DNA from: Candidatus Bilamarchaeaceae archaeon
GTDB taxonomy: Archaea > Micrarchaeota > Micrarchaeia > Anstonellales > Bilamarchaeaceae
NCBI GenBank assembly: GCA_038870635.1
Contig: JAVZJR010000001.1
Coordinates: 1-64,000, forward strand
Reading direction: 5' to 3'
DNA length: 64,000 bases
The position numbers and the translations under genes are program-made. A model generated the notes under the pieces. The model was not told the DNA's origin. It did not search any database and saw only the letters and a list, made by a program, of their open reading frames with translations. Position 1 is the stretch's first letter, and each line of letters starts with the position of its first letter. Positions 40,662 to 49,532 of this stretch are shown piece after piece.

Positions 40662-40739
40662 TTATTCGAGCGTGCCCCGCCCTACAATTACTGCTTCTAT
40701 TTCTGGCACATCATCAACATATTCGGGTGCTTTTTCCAT
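40662..40739 (-). CDS. putative 25-aa small protein (MEKAPEYVDDVPEIEAVIVGRGTLE)
   Basis: Fills the gap upstream of tRNA-iMet; TTTAAAAA box about 25-30 nt upstream (leaderless pattern). Confidence 0.4.
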   Translation of the reverse strand: MEKAPEYVDDVPEIEAVIVGRGTLE

Positions 40740-40790
40740 GCATACGATTTAGCACTATCATTTTTTAAAGCTACCGACAGATTTTTTGTT

Positions 40791-41258
40791 ATGGAAAAAA
40801 TATACCGTCTTCTATACCCTATGAGAGTGGCTCTAATAACAACATCGCACGGCAAAAAAGAAAATGTAATGTCTGCCGCGTGGTGTTATCCGCTATCTGC
40901 AGACCCCCCTCTGTTTGGTGTTGCAATATCAAAAAAAAGGTATACTTACGAATTAATAAACGCCTCAAAGAAATATGCTATAAATTTAGCAACGCCCCAA
41001 ATGAAAGAAGCTGTAATGATATGCGGCTCGATTAGTGGAAGAGATAAAGATAAGTTTGCGCTTGCAAAATTAAAAAAAGAGAAGGGAAAGATAACCACCG
41101 TACTTTCACAATCATCTGCCTCAATAGAATGCGAAGTAATTGATGAATACGAAGCAGGCGACCATATAATTTTCGTTGGTAAAGCGATTAATGTGATAAA
41201 AAGAAAAGAAGAAAAAGGTCTTTATCATCGTGGCGGTGAGGAATTTGAAGCTATCTGA
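40791..41258 (+). CDS. flavin reductase family protein
   Basis: NVMSAAW, PPLFGVAI, SGRDKDK, IEC, GDHIIFVG. Confidence 0.92.
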   Translation: MEKIYRLLYPMRVALITTSHGKKENVMSAAWCYPLSADPPLFGVAISKKRYTYELINASKKYAINLATPQMKEAVMICGSISGRDKDKFALAKLKKEKGKITTVLSQSSASIECEVIDEYEAGDHIIFVGKAINVIKRKEEKGLYHRGGEEFEAI

Positions 41259-41769
41259 CAACGTAAAAAAAGGAATAACGCAAATTTTAATAGGTTTAAT
41301 AATCGCCATAGTTGCTTTTTATTCAATAAATAACATCTCAGAATTTAAAGAATATGGCTATGTTGGAGTTTTTATAATATCCTTTTTAAGTGCAGCCACC
41401 ATATTCATACCGGCACCTGGTTGGGCAGCAGTCATTGCAACAAGTGGTGTTCTTAATCCATACCTTATTGGAATAGTTGCTGGCTTAGGGAGCGGTATAG
41501 GTGAAATAGTTGGTTATAATATAGGAAGCGGTACTGCTGAAATATTGAAAAAAGAAAAAAATGGCAATTTCCAAATTGTAAAAAAATATGGCGTTTATGG
41601 TGTTTTTATCTTAGCGTTCATACCGAATCCTTTTTTTGATATCGCAGGTATAGCCGCAGGCGCTTTAAAAATAAATCAGATTAAATTTTTAATAGCAGTA
41701 ATAATCGGCCGAACTCTTCGCTTTATTTTACTTGCCCATCTTGGGGCGCAAATGCTTAGTCTTATATAA
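41230..41769 (+). CDS. VTT/DedA (SNARE-associated) membrane protein
   Basis: GSGIGEIVGY, FIPNPFFDIAG, GRTLRF; start may be TTG 41245. Confidence 0.85.
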   Translation: MAVRNLKLSDNVKKGITQILIGLIIAIVAFYSINNISEFKEYGYVGVFIISFLSAATIFIPAPGWAAVIATSGVLNPYLIGIVAGLGSGIGEIVGYNIGSGTAEILKKEKNGNFQIVKKYGVYGVFILAFIPNPFFDIAGIAAGALKINQIKFLIAVIIGRTLRFILLAHLGAQMLSLI

Positions 41770-41771
41770 AA

Positions 41772-42782
41772 TTAATCAACTTTGAATTGTCTAACTTTGA
41801 TACCTGCTTCTTTAAGCAATTTCATAGCGCTTTCTGAAATAGGATATCTCTCATTGTAAACTACTTCCACTATGCCGGCGTTTATTATCATCTTAGTACA
41901 TAACAAACAAGGTGAAAAAGTTGTATAAATAGTGCAGCCCTTTGTACTAACACCGTTATACGCAGCCTGTACTATCGCATTCTCCTCTCCGTGAGAACAA
42001 AAACATTCATCAAGATTTTTGCCACTTTCAGTAAAATTGTTACAACGCGGGCAGCCACCCTCATTGCAATTTCGTGTTCCACGAGGAGTACCATTATAGC
42101 CAGTGGATATTATCTGCTTGTCGCGAACAATAACTGCTGCAACTTTTCTTTTGATACAATTACTTCTTGTTGCAACTTGTTTTGCGATGCTCATAAAATA
42201 CTCATCCCAACTTGGCCTATCTATTTTAAACTCAGTCGATATGTCAGCTAATGCACGATCTATTTGTTCATAAAAAGAAGAAAGTTGGCCGTTATTCTCT
42301 ATTTTTTTATCTGCCATTGCAAAAGTCTGCTTAAGATTTTGCTTTGTTCTTTCTGCATTTTCCATTTCAAGTTTTTCTATCTCTAAAAATGCTTCTAGAG
42401 TTTTTGGATCTTCCTCTCTTCCTCTTTTTTTCAATCTCTCAAAACGAACTTCTGGCGAAGCTGTGATGTAGATCAAATAAAAATTTTTTAGACGCCGTAA
42501 TTCTTCAACTTCCGCGGGATTTCTTATTGAATCTATCACGTAATTTTTATCCTTTGTTATTTTTTCTTTTGCACGTACTGCAAGCACAGAAGGACCAAAT
42601 TTTTCCCTTAATTCATTTCCCTTTTTTATCAATGCTTCTCTTGTCAAGGCCTTTCCTTCTGCTTGCAACTCCTCTCTTATTATATCAGAGAGAGATATAG
42701 GATAAAATCCTTTTTTTGAAAGATAATAGACAGCAGTAGTCTTACCAGCACAATTTTCACCAGTTAACCCTATGTAAAGCAT
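41772..42782 (-). CDS. P-loop kinase + dCMP deaminase fusion
   Basis: N-term GENCAGKT and VIDSIRNP.E; C-term RPSWDEYFM, GYNG, HGEEN, PCLLC. Confidence 0.92.
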   Translation of the reverse strand: MLYIGLTGENCAGKTTAVYYLSKKGFYPISLSDIIREELQAEGKALTREALIKKGNELREKFGPSVLAVRAKEKITKDKNYVIDSIRNPAEVEELRRLKNFYLIYITASPEVRFERLKKRGREEDPKTLEAFLEIEKLEMENAERTKQNLKQTFAMADKKIENNGQLSSFYEQIDRALADISTEFKIDRPSWDEYFMSIAKQVATRSNCIKRKVAAVIVRDKQIISTGYNGTPRGTRNCNEGGCPRCNNFTESGKNLDECFCSHGEENAIVQAAYNGVSTKGCTIYTTFSPCLLCTKMIINAGIVEVVYNERYPISESAMKLLKEAGIKVRQFKVD

Positions 42783-42824
42783 GGAGTAAGATTAGTTAAA
42801 CTATGTTTAAATTGTTTTTGTTTT

Positions 42825-44453
42825 TTACGGGAAGTTTATACGCGGAATTATGCATGCTCCATCTTCACAACCTACATCGCAAATTATGGTAACAGGCGCG
42901 ATATAGTTAGCACTACAAGTATATTCTACTAATTTGTTGTTATCTATACATTTATCTTCTGCATAAAGATTTTTTCCTCTACGCACGGTTGTTTTAATAA
43001 AGTAGGCATTGTCTCCTTCACTTTCATCTGGGTCATAGCATTGAGCTGGTATTAATTCACCATTATAGCACTCTTGCATGGAACCAGCGGTGTACGTAAT
43101 ATTTACCAAATTATTATCAACACAAGCATACTCAATGAGATGAAAGTAGTCGATGCAGTAATCAGTGTAAGATTTAGAGTCAAAAATGACTGTTCCTTTT
43201 ATACCAAGTTCGTCTCCACCATCACTATCAGTACATGAATGCGGAGGCTGTTTCTTAATACATCTGCCTCCCAAACATTCGTAATTAGTCGGGCAAACAA
43301 TTGTTTCGGAAAGCACTCGATTATTAGAAGAACAATAATATTCTTTTACTGATTTAGAATCTACGCAATAATCAGAATAAGAAACAGAAGCGTTCTCTGT
43401 TTGTCCTTTTACGTAGATTTCCATACCATTGTCGCTATCCATACAGTAATCAGCTAACTTTACACATCTACCGCCACTACAACTATAACCACTTGGACAG
43501 TCCTTTTCTACAGAAATAACATTGTCACCACTGCAATAGTACTCTATTATAGTTTTGGGATCAACACAATAATCTTTATATTCAAAATTATTTTTTATAA
43601 CTGAACCAAAAGAGTAAATATCTATACCACCGTCGCTATCAACACAGGAAAGGAGAAGAGAACACGCTCCATCTACACATCTGTAACCACTAGGACATTT
43701 TACCACCTGAGTTTTCACATTATTATTCTCACAATAGTACTCCACGCTATGGGTTGCGTTTGCGCAATAATCACTAAAAGTTTCATTTCCTTTTGTAACG
43801 TTATCCTTCACATAAAAATCAAAAAACTTAGAAGAAGAAACAGTACTTATACACACAGGAATGCATGCTCCATCAGAACAACCGTACCCTTTTGGGCAAG
43901 GAAATTTTTGGCTTTTAAGAAAGACGTCGTCACAAAAGTATTCAACTACTTCACTCATGTTAACGCAATAATCAGTTTTACTTTCACCATCCAAAAAACT
44001 TGCTGTTTTTTTGTAGATATCTTTTCCATCATCATCTTTGCATACAATTGAAACACACTTTCCATCTTTGCATGCATTGGCCCCTGCCACTGAAGAGCAA
44101 TCAATTGTTTCTTTATATGCTTCTTTACTAGTGTTAGACGAACAGTAATATTCTACTAAATTCTTATTGTCTGCGCAATAATCATCAAATCTTTTATTAT
44201 TCACAATAACATAACTAGATTCACTCGCTATCTTACCATCGTCATAATCCTTACACTTTATACAATTTCCTTTATACGCAACCCCTACCCCTGCATCTTT
44301 GGCAGCACATTCACTTGAGTATTCTTTATTATCTATACCACAAACAACTCCTTGATCAGAACACGTAGAAGATTTCATTTGAAGCTGATCAACACAACCT
44401 GCAACTAAAAACACAAACACAAAACATAAAACAATAAAAGAACCTGCTTTCAT
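42825..44453 (-). CDS. Cys-rich repeat surface protein (Kazal-like domain + C.DSDGG repeats)
   Basis: Signal ending VAGC; VCGIDNKEYSSEC; about seven DYC...EYYC...CP.GY.C..G.C units. Confidence 0.85.
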   Translation of the reverse strand: MKAGSFIVLCFVFVFLVAGCVDQLQMKSSTCSDQGVVCGIDNKEYSSECAAKDAGVGVAYKGNCIKCKDYDDGKIASESSYVIVNNKRFDDYCADNKNLVEYYCSSNTSKEAYKETIDCSSVAGANACKDGKCVSIVCKDDDGKDIYKKTASFLDGESKTDYCVNMSEVVEYFCDDVFLKSQKFPCPKGYGCSDGACIPVCISTVSSSKFFDFYVKDNVTKGNETFSDYCANATHSVEYYCENNNVKTQVVKCPSGYRCVDGACSLLLSCVDSDGGIDIYSFGSVIKNNFEYKDYCVDPKTIIEYYCSGDNVISVEKDCPSGYSCSGGRCVKLADYCMDSDNGMEIYVKGQTENASVSYSDYCVDSKSVKEYYCSSNNRVLSETIVCPTNYECLGGRCIKKQPPHSCTDSDGGDELGIKGTVIFDSKSYTDYCIDYFHLIEYACVDNNLVNITYTAGSMQECYNGELIPAQCYDPDESEGDNAYFIKTTVRRGKNLYAEDKCIDNNKLVEYTCSANYIAPVTIICDVGCEDGACIIPRINFP

Positions 44454-44498
44454 AAAAAAAATTATTAAAAGATGTTTTTAAAAACTATTTTGATTGTA

Positions 44499-45317
44499 CT
44501 ATGGGTATTTTTTCATTGATTCCTTTAACTCTTCGATCATTTTATTAATTTGCTCCTTAAATTCTTCTTCTACTATTTTATCCACCCTCTCTCGCCCCAT
44601 AACAAATTGATATGTGTCTGCTAAACTCCGCCACACCATACTCTTCAAATCCTCAAACATTTTATTTAGTTTTGAATATATCGAATTTATATTATTCAAT
44701 TCTTCAAATGTTAGCATAATCTTCTTGTCGCCGTATTGTAAAAAAATTGTGTTAGGTTGATTGGTTTGAACACATTGCTCAATACTACATTCAACTAAAC
44801 GCACTGTGCTTTTTAATTTTTGAATATTTTCGGTAACAATCTCATTAGTTTTTTGCTTGGTCAATTTTTGAGCATCTTCTAAAGATGGTATATAATAAAT
44901 ACCATATTTAGCATTTACAATATTTTGGTAGAACGCCAAACAAGCTTTAATTCTTTCTTCTAGCAATTTAATTTTTTGAGGATTAGCATCATCTCTCTTA
45001 TCTTTTTCTTTTTTTAATTCTTCTTGGGCAAGGTCACACTGTTCGTCAATGTTTTTTATTATTTGATACACTCTTCTATTACTCTCTAAAACCATATTTT
45101 GTAGAGTTTCAACTTTTTTTTCTAGTTGTTGTATATTGCTCTCTAGTGTACTTTTTGGTGCAAAAAGAGCACAGTTAGACAAAGTAAGCATCGCAGCGGC
45201 GCAAATCGGCAAAAGCGAAGAAAAAGGTTTTCTTCTCTTTTTAGTATTAACTTTTTCTTTATTTTCCTTATTAGATTGATTAATTAATTCTTTAACGCCA
45301 CATTTCATTAAAAACAC
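44499..45317 (-). CDS. hypothetical coiled-coil protein with internal hydrophobic/lipobox-like segment
   Basis: 272-aa ORF, LLPICAAAMLTLSNC then heptad-rich region. Confidence 0.65.
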   Translation of the reverse strand: MFLMKCGVKELINQSNKENKEKVNTKKRRKPFSSLLPICAAAMLTLSNCALFAPKSTLESNIQQLEKKVETLQNMVLESNRRVYQIIKNIDEQCDLAQEELKKEKDKRDDANPQKIKLLEERIKACLAFYQNIVNAKYGIYYIPSLEDAQKLTKQKTNEIVTENIQKLKSTVRLVECSIEQCVQTNQPNTIFLQYGDKKIMLTFEELNNINSIYSKLNKMFEDLKSMVWRSLADTYQFVMGRERVDKIVEEEFKEQINKMIEELKESMKKYP

Positions 45318-45422
45318 CTATCCACCTACTTCAACTTATATAAATATGTGTAAAAATATTTAAAAATATGTAATATTAGAGATAAAATTAGGGAGAATGA
45401 GTAAAAAAAATAAAAAAGAAAA

Positions 45423-45875
45423 CTAAACTTTTTCTATCTTTACTACGGCTGTATTTGTCTGAGAATCATATATGTTGGATATTTTCAATCTCGTCCAACC
45501 ATAGCTCGGTTCTTTTACTAAAGTGCCATCACCTGTTGATATAACGTGGTATTTTACTACTTCAGCAAAATCTTTTTCTCCACTAGGAGTGACTGCTTTT
45601 AATTGAACTTCAGCAGCGCCGCCAACATTTTTTACTCTAAAATATTTCGTGCCTCCTGGGATATAAACGTCGCTATAAACAATAGTGTTTGCGCCTAAGC
45701 TTCCCACTGAATTTATTAGATAAGCTGTCCTGAAAGTTGCTATTTGAGCCTGGTAGGCCGCCATTTCTCTCTGAGCTTCATCAGCCTTGGTATAAACAAA
45801 AACAAGCAAAGGAATAAAAATAACGAAAATAACTGCTATGATAACCATTAACTCGGTACTTACCTGTCCTTTCAC
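45423..45875 (-). CDS. class III signal peptide (pilin-like) protein
   Basis: MKGQ|VSTEL plus hydrophobic helix. Confidence 0.85.
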   Translation of the reverse strand: MKGQVSTELMVIIAVIFVIFIPLLVFVYTKADEAQREMAAYQAQIATFRTAYLINSVGSLGANTIVYSDVYIPGGTKYFRVKNVGGAAEVQLKAVTPSGEKDFAEVVKYHVISTGDGTLVKEPSYGWTRLKISNIYDSQTNTAVVKIEKV

Positions 45876-46975
45876 TCCATCACCTTTGAACGAGTTCTCA
45901 CTTTTCGACTTTTCTCTATTGTTTTCTTTCTACCAAGTACTTTTTTAAGTTCAGAAGCTGCGATATTAATAGCGTCTTCTAGCGATGGTCCTTCAGCCGA
46001 AACTACAAATTTCTCCTTGCCCTCTACGTGCAGTTTAACAGAATAGAAAGATTTGGTACTTTTGACGTGTACTTTCACTCTCTCTATACCATAACTTTCC
46101 CTAAATTTTTCTGCGATTTTTTCTATTGTACCTTTTATTTCGTCATGCAACATTTTTGTTTCAGCGTCAAGACCACTGACAGTAACCTCTACCTTTTCTT
46201 CTAACTTTTGCTTAACCCATTTAAATATGTCCAATGCAGAAAGAACGCCGATGGGTTTCGCATCCTTATCAGAGATTATGATTATATGTGATATTTCTTT
46301 TTGTATCATTAATCGTGCGGCTTCTTTTACAGTGCTCCTTTCGCTCATTGTTATTGTTGTTGGCCGATAGAAAAACGCAAGAGGTTGATCGTCTATGGAT
46401 TTTTTGGCAACAACACCGCGCATCATATGTGTAGTTTCTTTTGGTTTAATCGCAAGACCTGCCAAGTCAAGACTGGAGAATACGCCTACAGGTTTGCCTT
46501 TTTTTGTCACAACAAGTTTTTTTGCATCATACTCTTTCATCTTACGTTTTGCTTCACCTATGGTACTGTTCTCATCTATTGTATAAACAGGACTGCTCAT
46601 AAGGTTTTTTACATTTATATCTGGGACTATATCTAAAGCCAACAATTCCTTGAGAACTTCAACACGGGTGATTATACCTAATGGCTTTTGATTTTTGTCG
46701 ATAACAGGAAGTGCTTTAAAACGGCCAAGCAAAAAAGCCTCTGTCCTTTCAAAAATATTAGAATCTTCAGATATCACAGGTGGTTTCACTACGACAGTTT
46801 CACACTTAACTTTAGCAGGGTCTGCTCCTGCGACTCGCAAATTCCTGTCATCAATCAAACCATAATACTTCCCATTTTTTGATATTATAACCGCAGTGTT
46901 ACTATCCAAAATACTTCCAAGGGCTTTAGAAAGTGGCTCACTTCCATCTAAAACAACGGCTTGTTTTATTTCCAT
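45872..46975 (-). CDS. four-CBS-domain protein with C-terminal HPF/RaiA-like domain (candidate ribosome hibernation factor)
   Basis: Two CBS pairs (ALPVID..GIIT, VGVFS..D, IGVLS..D); C-term pattern VKVHVK..YSVKLHV..FVVSAEG..LEDAI..A..EL. Confidence 0.75.
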   Translation of the reverse strand: MEIKQAVVLDGSEPLSKALGSILDSNTAVIISKNGKYYGLIDDRNLRVAGADPAKVKCETVVVKPPVISEDSNIFERTEAFLLGRFKALPVIDKNQKPLGIITRVEVLKELLALDIVPDINVKNLMSSPVYTIDENSTIGEAKRKMKEYDAKKLVVTKKGKPVGVFSSLDLAGLAIKPKETTHMMRGVVAKKSIDDQPLAFFYRPTTITMSERSTVKEAARLMIQKEISHIIIISDKDAKPIGVLSALDIFKWVKQKLEEKVEVTVSGLDAETKMLHDEIKGTIEKIAEKFRESYGIERVKVHVKSTKSFYSVKLHVEGKEKFVVSAEGPSLEDAINIAASELKKVLGRKKTIEKSRKVRTRSKVME

Positions 46976-47038
46976 CCCATCTACCTCCTTCTTAAATAGA
47001 ACACAAAATATATAAACAAGTTAGATTATTAAATAAAT

Positions 47039-47734
47039 ATGGCGCACCCTTTGGCAAACATCTCTTACTTTGAGCGAATAGTAGTAAAACCAACATGGAA
47101 AGAGATATTACTAGATTTAATAGCGCAAAATAAGATAGACCCCTGGAACGTCGATATAGTAAAACTAGCAGATGAATTTTTAAATAGAGTAAAGGAATTG
47201 AAAACGCTTGATTTAGGATTGCATGCAAATGTTATTCTGGCAGCGGCGATACTTTTGAAATACAAAAGCGATTATCTAAAATATTTCTCAGCCCCCCCTG
47301 TTATTGCTGAAGTACAAGAAGTACAAGAAATAATAGATACATCGTTAATTGAAACACAACTTTCTTTAGTTGGAAGACTCCCACCCAAAAGACAAATAAC
47401 AATGGACGAGTTAATTGCTGAAATGGAAAAAGTAATAAAATATGAAACAAATGAGATTAAAAGAATGCCAAAAGGTGCGATAACAAAAACAATAGATCTT
47501 GTATTAGATTTAGAAGATATAGAAAAATTAAAAGAAGAAATGTTAAGTAGAGTAAAAAATAACATAGATGAAAGTGGATTTGCAACTTTTTCTTCCATCT
47601 TAAGAGAAAAAACAAGAATGGAAATAATACAAGTACTAATATCTCTTCTACATTTAGCACAAGAAAAAAGAGTATCTATTTACCAAGAGAAACTTTTTGG
47701 CGAAATATTAATAGCGATAATAGAAGAAAAATAA
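47039..47734 (+). CDS. scpA: segregation and condensation protein A (kleisin)
   Basis: IDPWNVDIVKLAD, AAAILLKYKS, LLHLAQE..Q..LFGEI. Confidence 0.92.
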   Translation: MAHPLANISYFERIVVKPTWKEILLDLIAQNKIDPWNVDIVKLADEFLNRVKELKTLDLGLHANVILAAAILLKYKSDYLKYFSAPPVIAEVQEVQEIIDTSLIETQLSLVGRLPPKRQITMDELIAEMEKVIKYETNEIKRMPKGAITKTIDLVLDLEDIEKLKEEMLSRVKNNIDESGFATFSSILREKTRMEIIQVLISLLHLAQEKRVSIYQEKLFGEILIAIIEEK

Positions 47735-47750
47735 GAAAAAGTAAAAAGAA

Positions 47751-48134
47751 CTAACTTATTAAAGTTGCTCCACTGCTTGGCTTCTTTTTTGACTTTACAA
47801 TTTTTACATTAGTAGGAGTTAAAATTAAAAGGCCACTCTCTTTAGATATTAAGGAAATATCGCCGTTTATTTTTGTCGCATTGTTCTTTAATTTTGCGAT
47901 TATTCCCTTAAGTCTATTTGGCTGCTTAGAGATTGGCATAACATTAAGAATAATGATATTCTTTTCGCTCAACTCCTTTATAACTAAATCTGCATCTCCT
48001 TCATTTCTAAGATCAATCCTCTTAATATAAAAGTCAGCTGGCGGATTAACCACATCTCCTTCTTCATTCATCAATTCCTCTAAATTTGGTGTCTCACTCT
48101 TCTCTTTCCCAAAAATTTTATCGAATAGACCCAT
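47751..48134 (-). CDS. sepF: cell division protein SepF
   Basis: ELSEKNIIILN, INGDI, LILTPTNVKI. Confidence 0.88.
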   Translation of the reverse strand: MGLFDKIFGKEKSETPNLEELMNEEGDVVNPPADFYIKRIDLRNEGDADLVIKELSEKNIIILNVMPISKQPNRLKGIIAKLKNNATKINGDISLISKESGLLILTPTNVKIVKSKKKPSSGATLIS

Positions 48135-48222
48135 ATGGTCACCTTCTTTGTGCATGTTTTTTGTTCATTATTTAACATAATATATTTTAAACCATTTGCT
48201 TTTTGCAAAATTTAAAAAAAAA

Positions 48223-48690
48223 CTAACGATAAAGGTAAATATCAAAAGTTGCGATAGTGGTTTTTCCGTTGCTATCAACAATCGAACCGATCCTTCGTAT
48301 TTTTACAACTTCTGTATTTTGAGGAGGATTATCGCCGAATTTTTTAAGTGTTGACCCGCCTACCACTTCAGTGACCACTAGCTGCATGTTATACGGAGTC
48401 GCAAATTTTGATTTTAAATTTTCAGTGTTTGTTGGCAAAGCGTTCATAAATGAAGCGTTAACTCTTCTATCGCTTGATGATATTATAATACCAGAAGGAT
48501 AAGGAGAAAAAAGGGTGGCGGATATTCTCATCGCTTCTTTAGTCATATCGCCACCTTGAAATTCTAAAAAAGTTCGAACAGAGTGCCAATAGCTTAGCAG
48601 CATCACAACTGCCATCATAAAAATTACTGAAGCAATAATTGCATCAAAACTAAAATATTGACCTTTCCTAAACATATTCATCCTCCTCAT
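48223..48690 (-). CDS. class III signal peptide (pilin-like) protein
   Basis: RKGQ|YFSFDAIIA. Confidence 0.8.
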   Translation of the reverse strand: MRRMNMFRKGQYFSFDAIIASVIFMMAVVMLLSYWHSVRTFLEFQGGDMTKEAMRISATLFSPYPSGIIISSSDRRVNASFMNALPTNTENLKSKFATPYNMQLVVTEVVGGSTLKKFGDNPPQNTEVVKIRRIGSIVDSNGKTTIATFDIYLYR

Positions 48691-49121
48691 CTATTACTGA
48701 TAACTAAACCATTTTCAGTATTGTTTAATATAAGCAAGTTTGAGCATTTATCGCTCGAAAGTACTCCATTCTTTATACAACCATCATAAGAATAGCTATA
48801 AGTTGGCAAAGAGTAATAGTAATTAAAACTTCCATACTCATTTGTCCACTCCATCACCATTGCGTTAGTTTTAAAAGTTATGTTGTACGGATAACCATAA
48901 ATTGTTTTTGGGAAATAATAATAATAAGTAAAGCCAGGGCCGGCCCGCACTGCAAGAGAAATAGCATCAGCAATGTTGTAACCAACGCCAACTGCAACTT
49001 TATTTTTTTGTGAAGGTAACTCACTTCTTTGTGTATAATCAACCATTACAAAAGCAACGATGGCGATAAACATAAAGAGAGTGATGTAAAGAAAAAACTC
49101 AGTAGCAGATTGGCCTTTCAT
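48687..49121 (-). CDS. class III signal peptide (pilin-like) protein
   Basis: MKGQ|SATEF. Confidence 0.85.
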   Translation of the reverse strand: MKGQSATEFFLYITLFMFIAIVAFVMVDYTQRSELPSQKNKVAVGVGYNIADAISLAVRAGPGFTYYYYFPKTIYGYPYNITFKTNAMVMEWTNEYGSFNYYYSLPTYSYSYDGCIKNGVLSSDKCSNLLILNNTENGLVISNR

Positions 49122-49532
49122 CTAAGAAACCTCCGTGACAGAAACTTTTCCATCTTTGTTGTAGACAAGCAACTGGAAGAGACCGCTTCTTTTTATAACC
49201 TTCTGCTGATCAATAGATGCGAAAATAGGAGCACTAGCAGTGTAAAACCCTTTGCTAGTCTTTATAGAAATAGTAACCTCTTTGTTTCCTATGTTGATGC
49301 TCTCAGTGTTAGGGGGAGTGCTTAAAAGCATTATACGACTTGCTCCGCTACCTTGCGCATAAACAAGATTTAGGGTTTCTGCAAGTGAGCGAGCGGCTGC
49401 ATCTGCTTGCGCAAGAGTACTGTCCTCGTATCCTAACTGACTTATAGAGAAAAGTAAAAGTACAACTGGAATAGTAAATAAGAGCACAACGCCCAAAGTC
49501 ACAAAAAACTCAGCTGCAATCTGTCCTTTCAT
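49122..49532 (-). CDS. class III signal peptide (pilin-like) protein
   Basis: MKGQ|IAAEF. Confidence 0.85.
   Translation of the reverse strand: MKGQIAAEFFVTLGVVLLFTIPVVLLLFSISQLGYEDSTLAQADAAARSLAETLNLVYAQGSGASRIMLLSTPPNTESINIGNKEVTISIKTSKGFYTASAPIFASIDQQKVIKRSGLFQLLVYNKDGKVSVTEVS

Noticed and set aside
40642..41770. Integrated element at tRNA-Met
   Set aside because: No duplicated tRNA end or integrase found; flanking genes are ordinary
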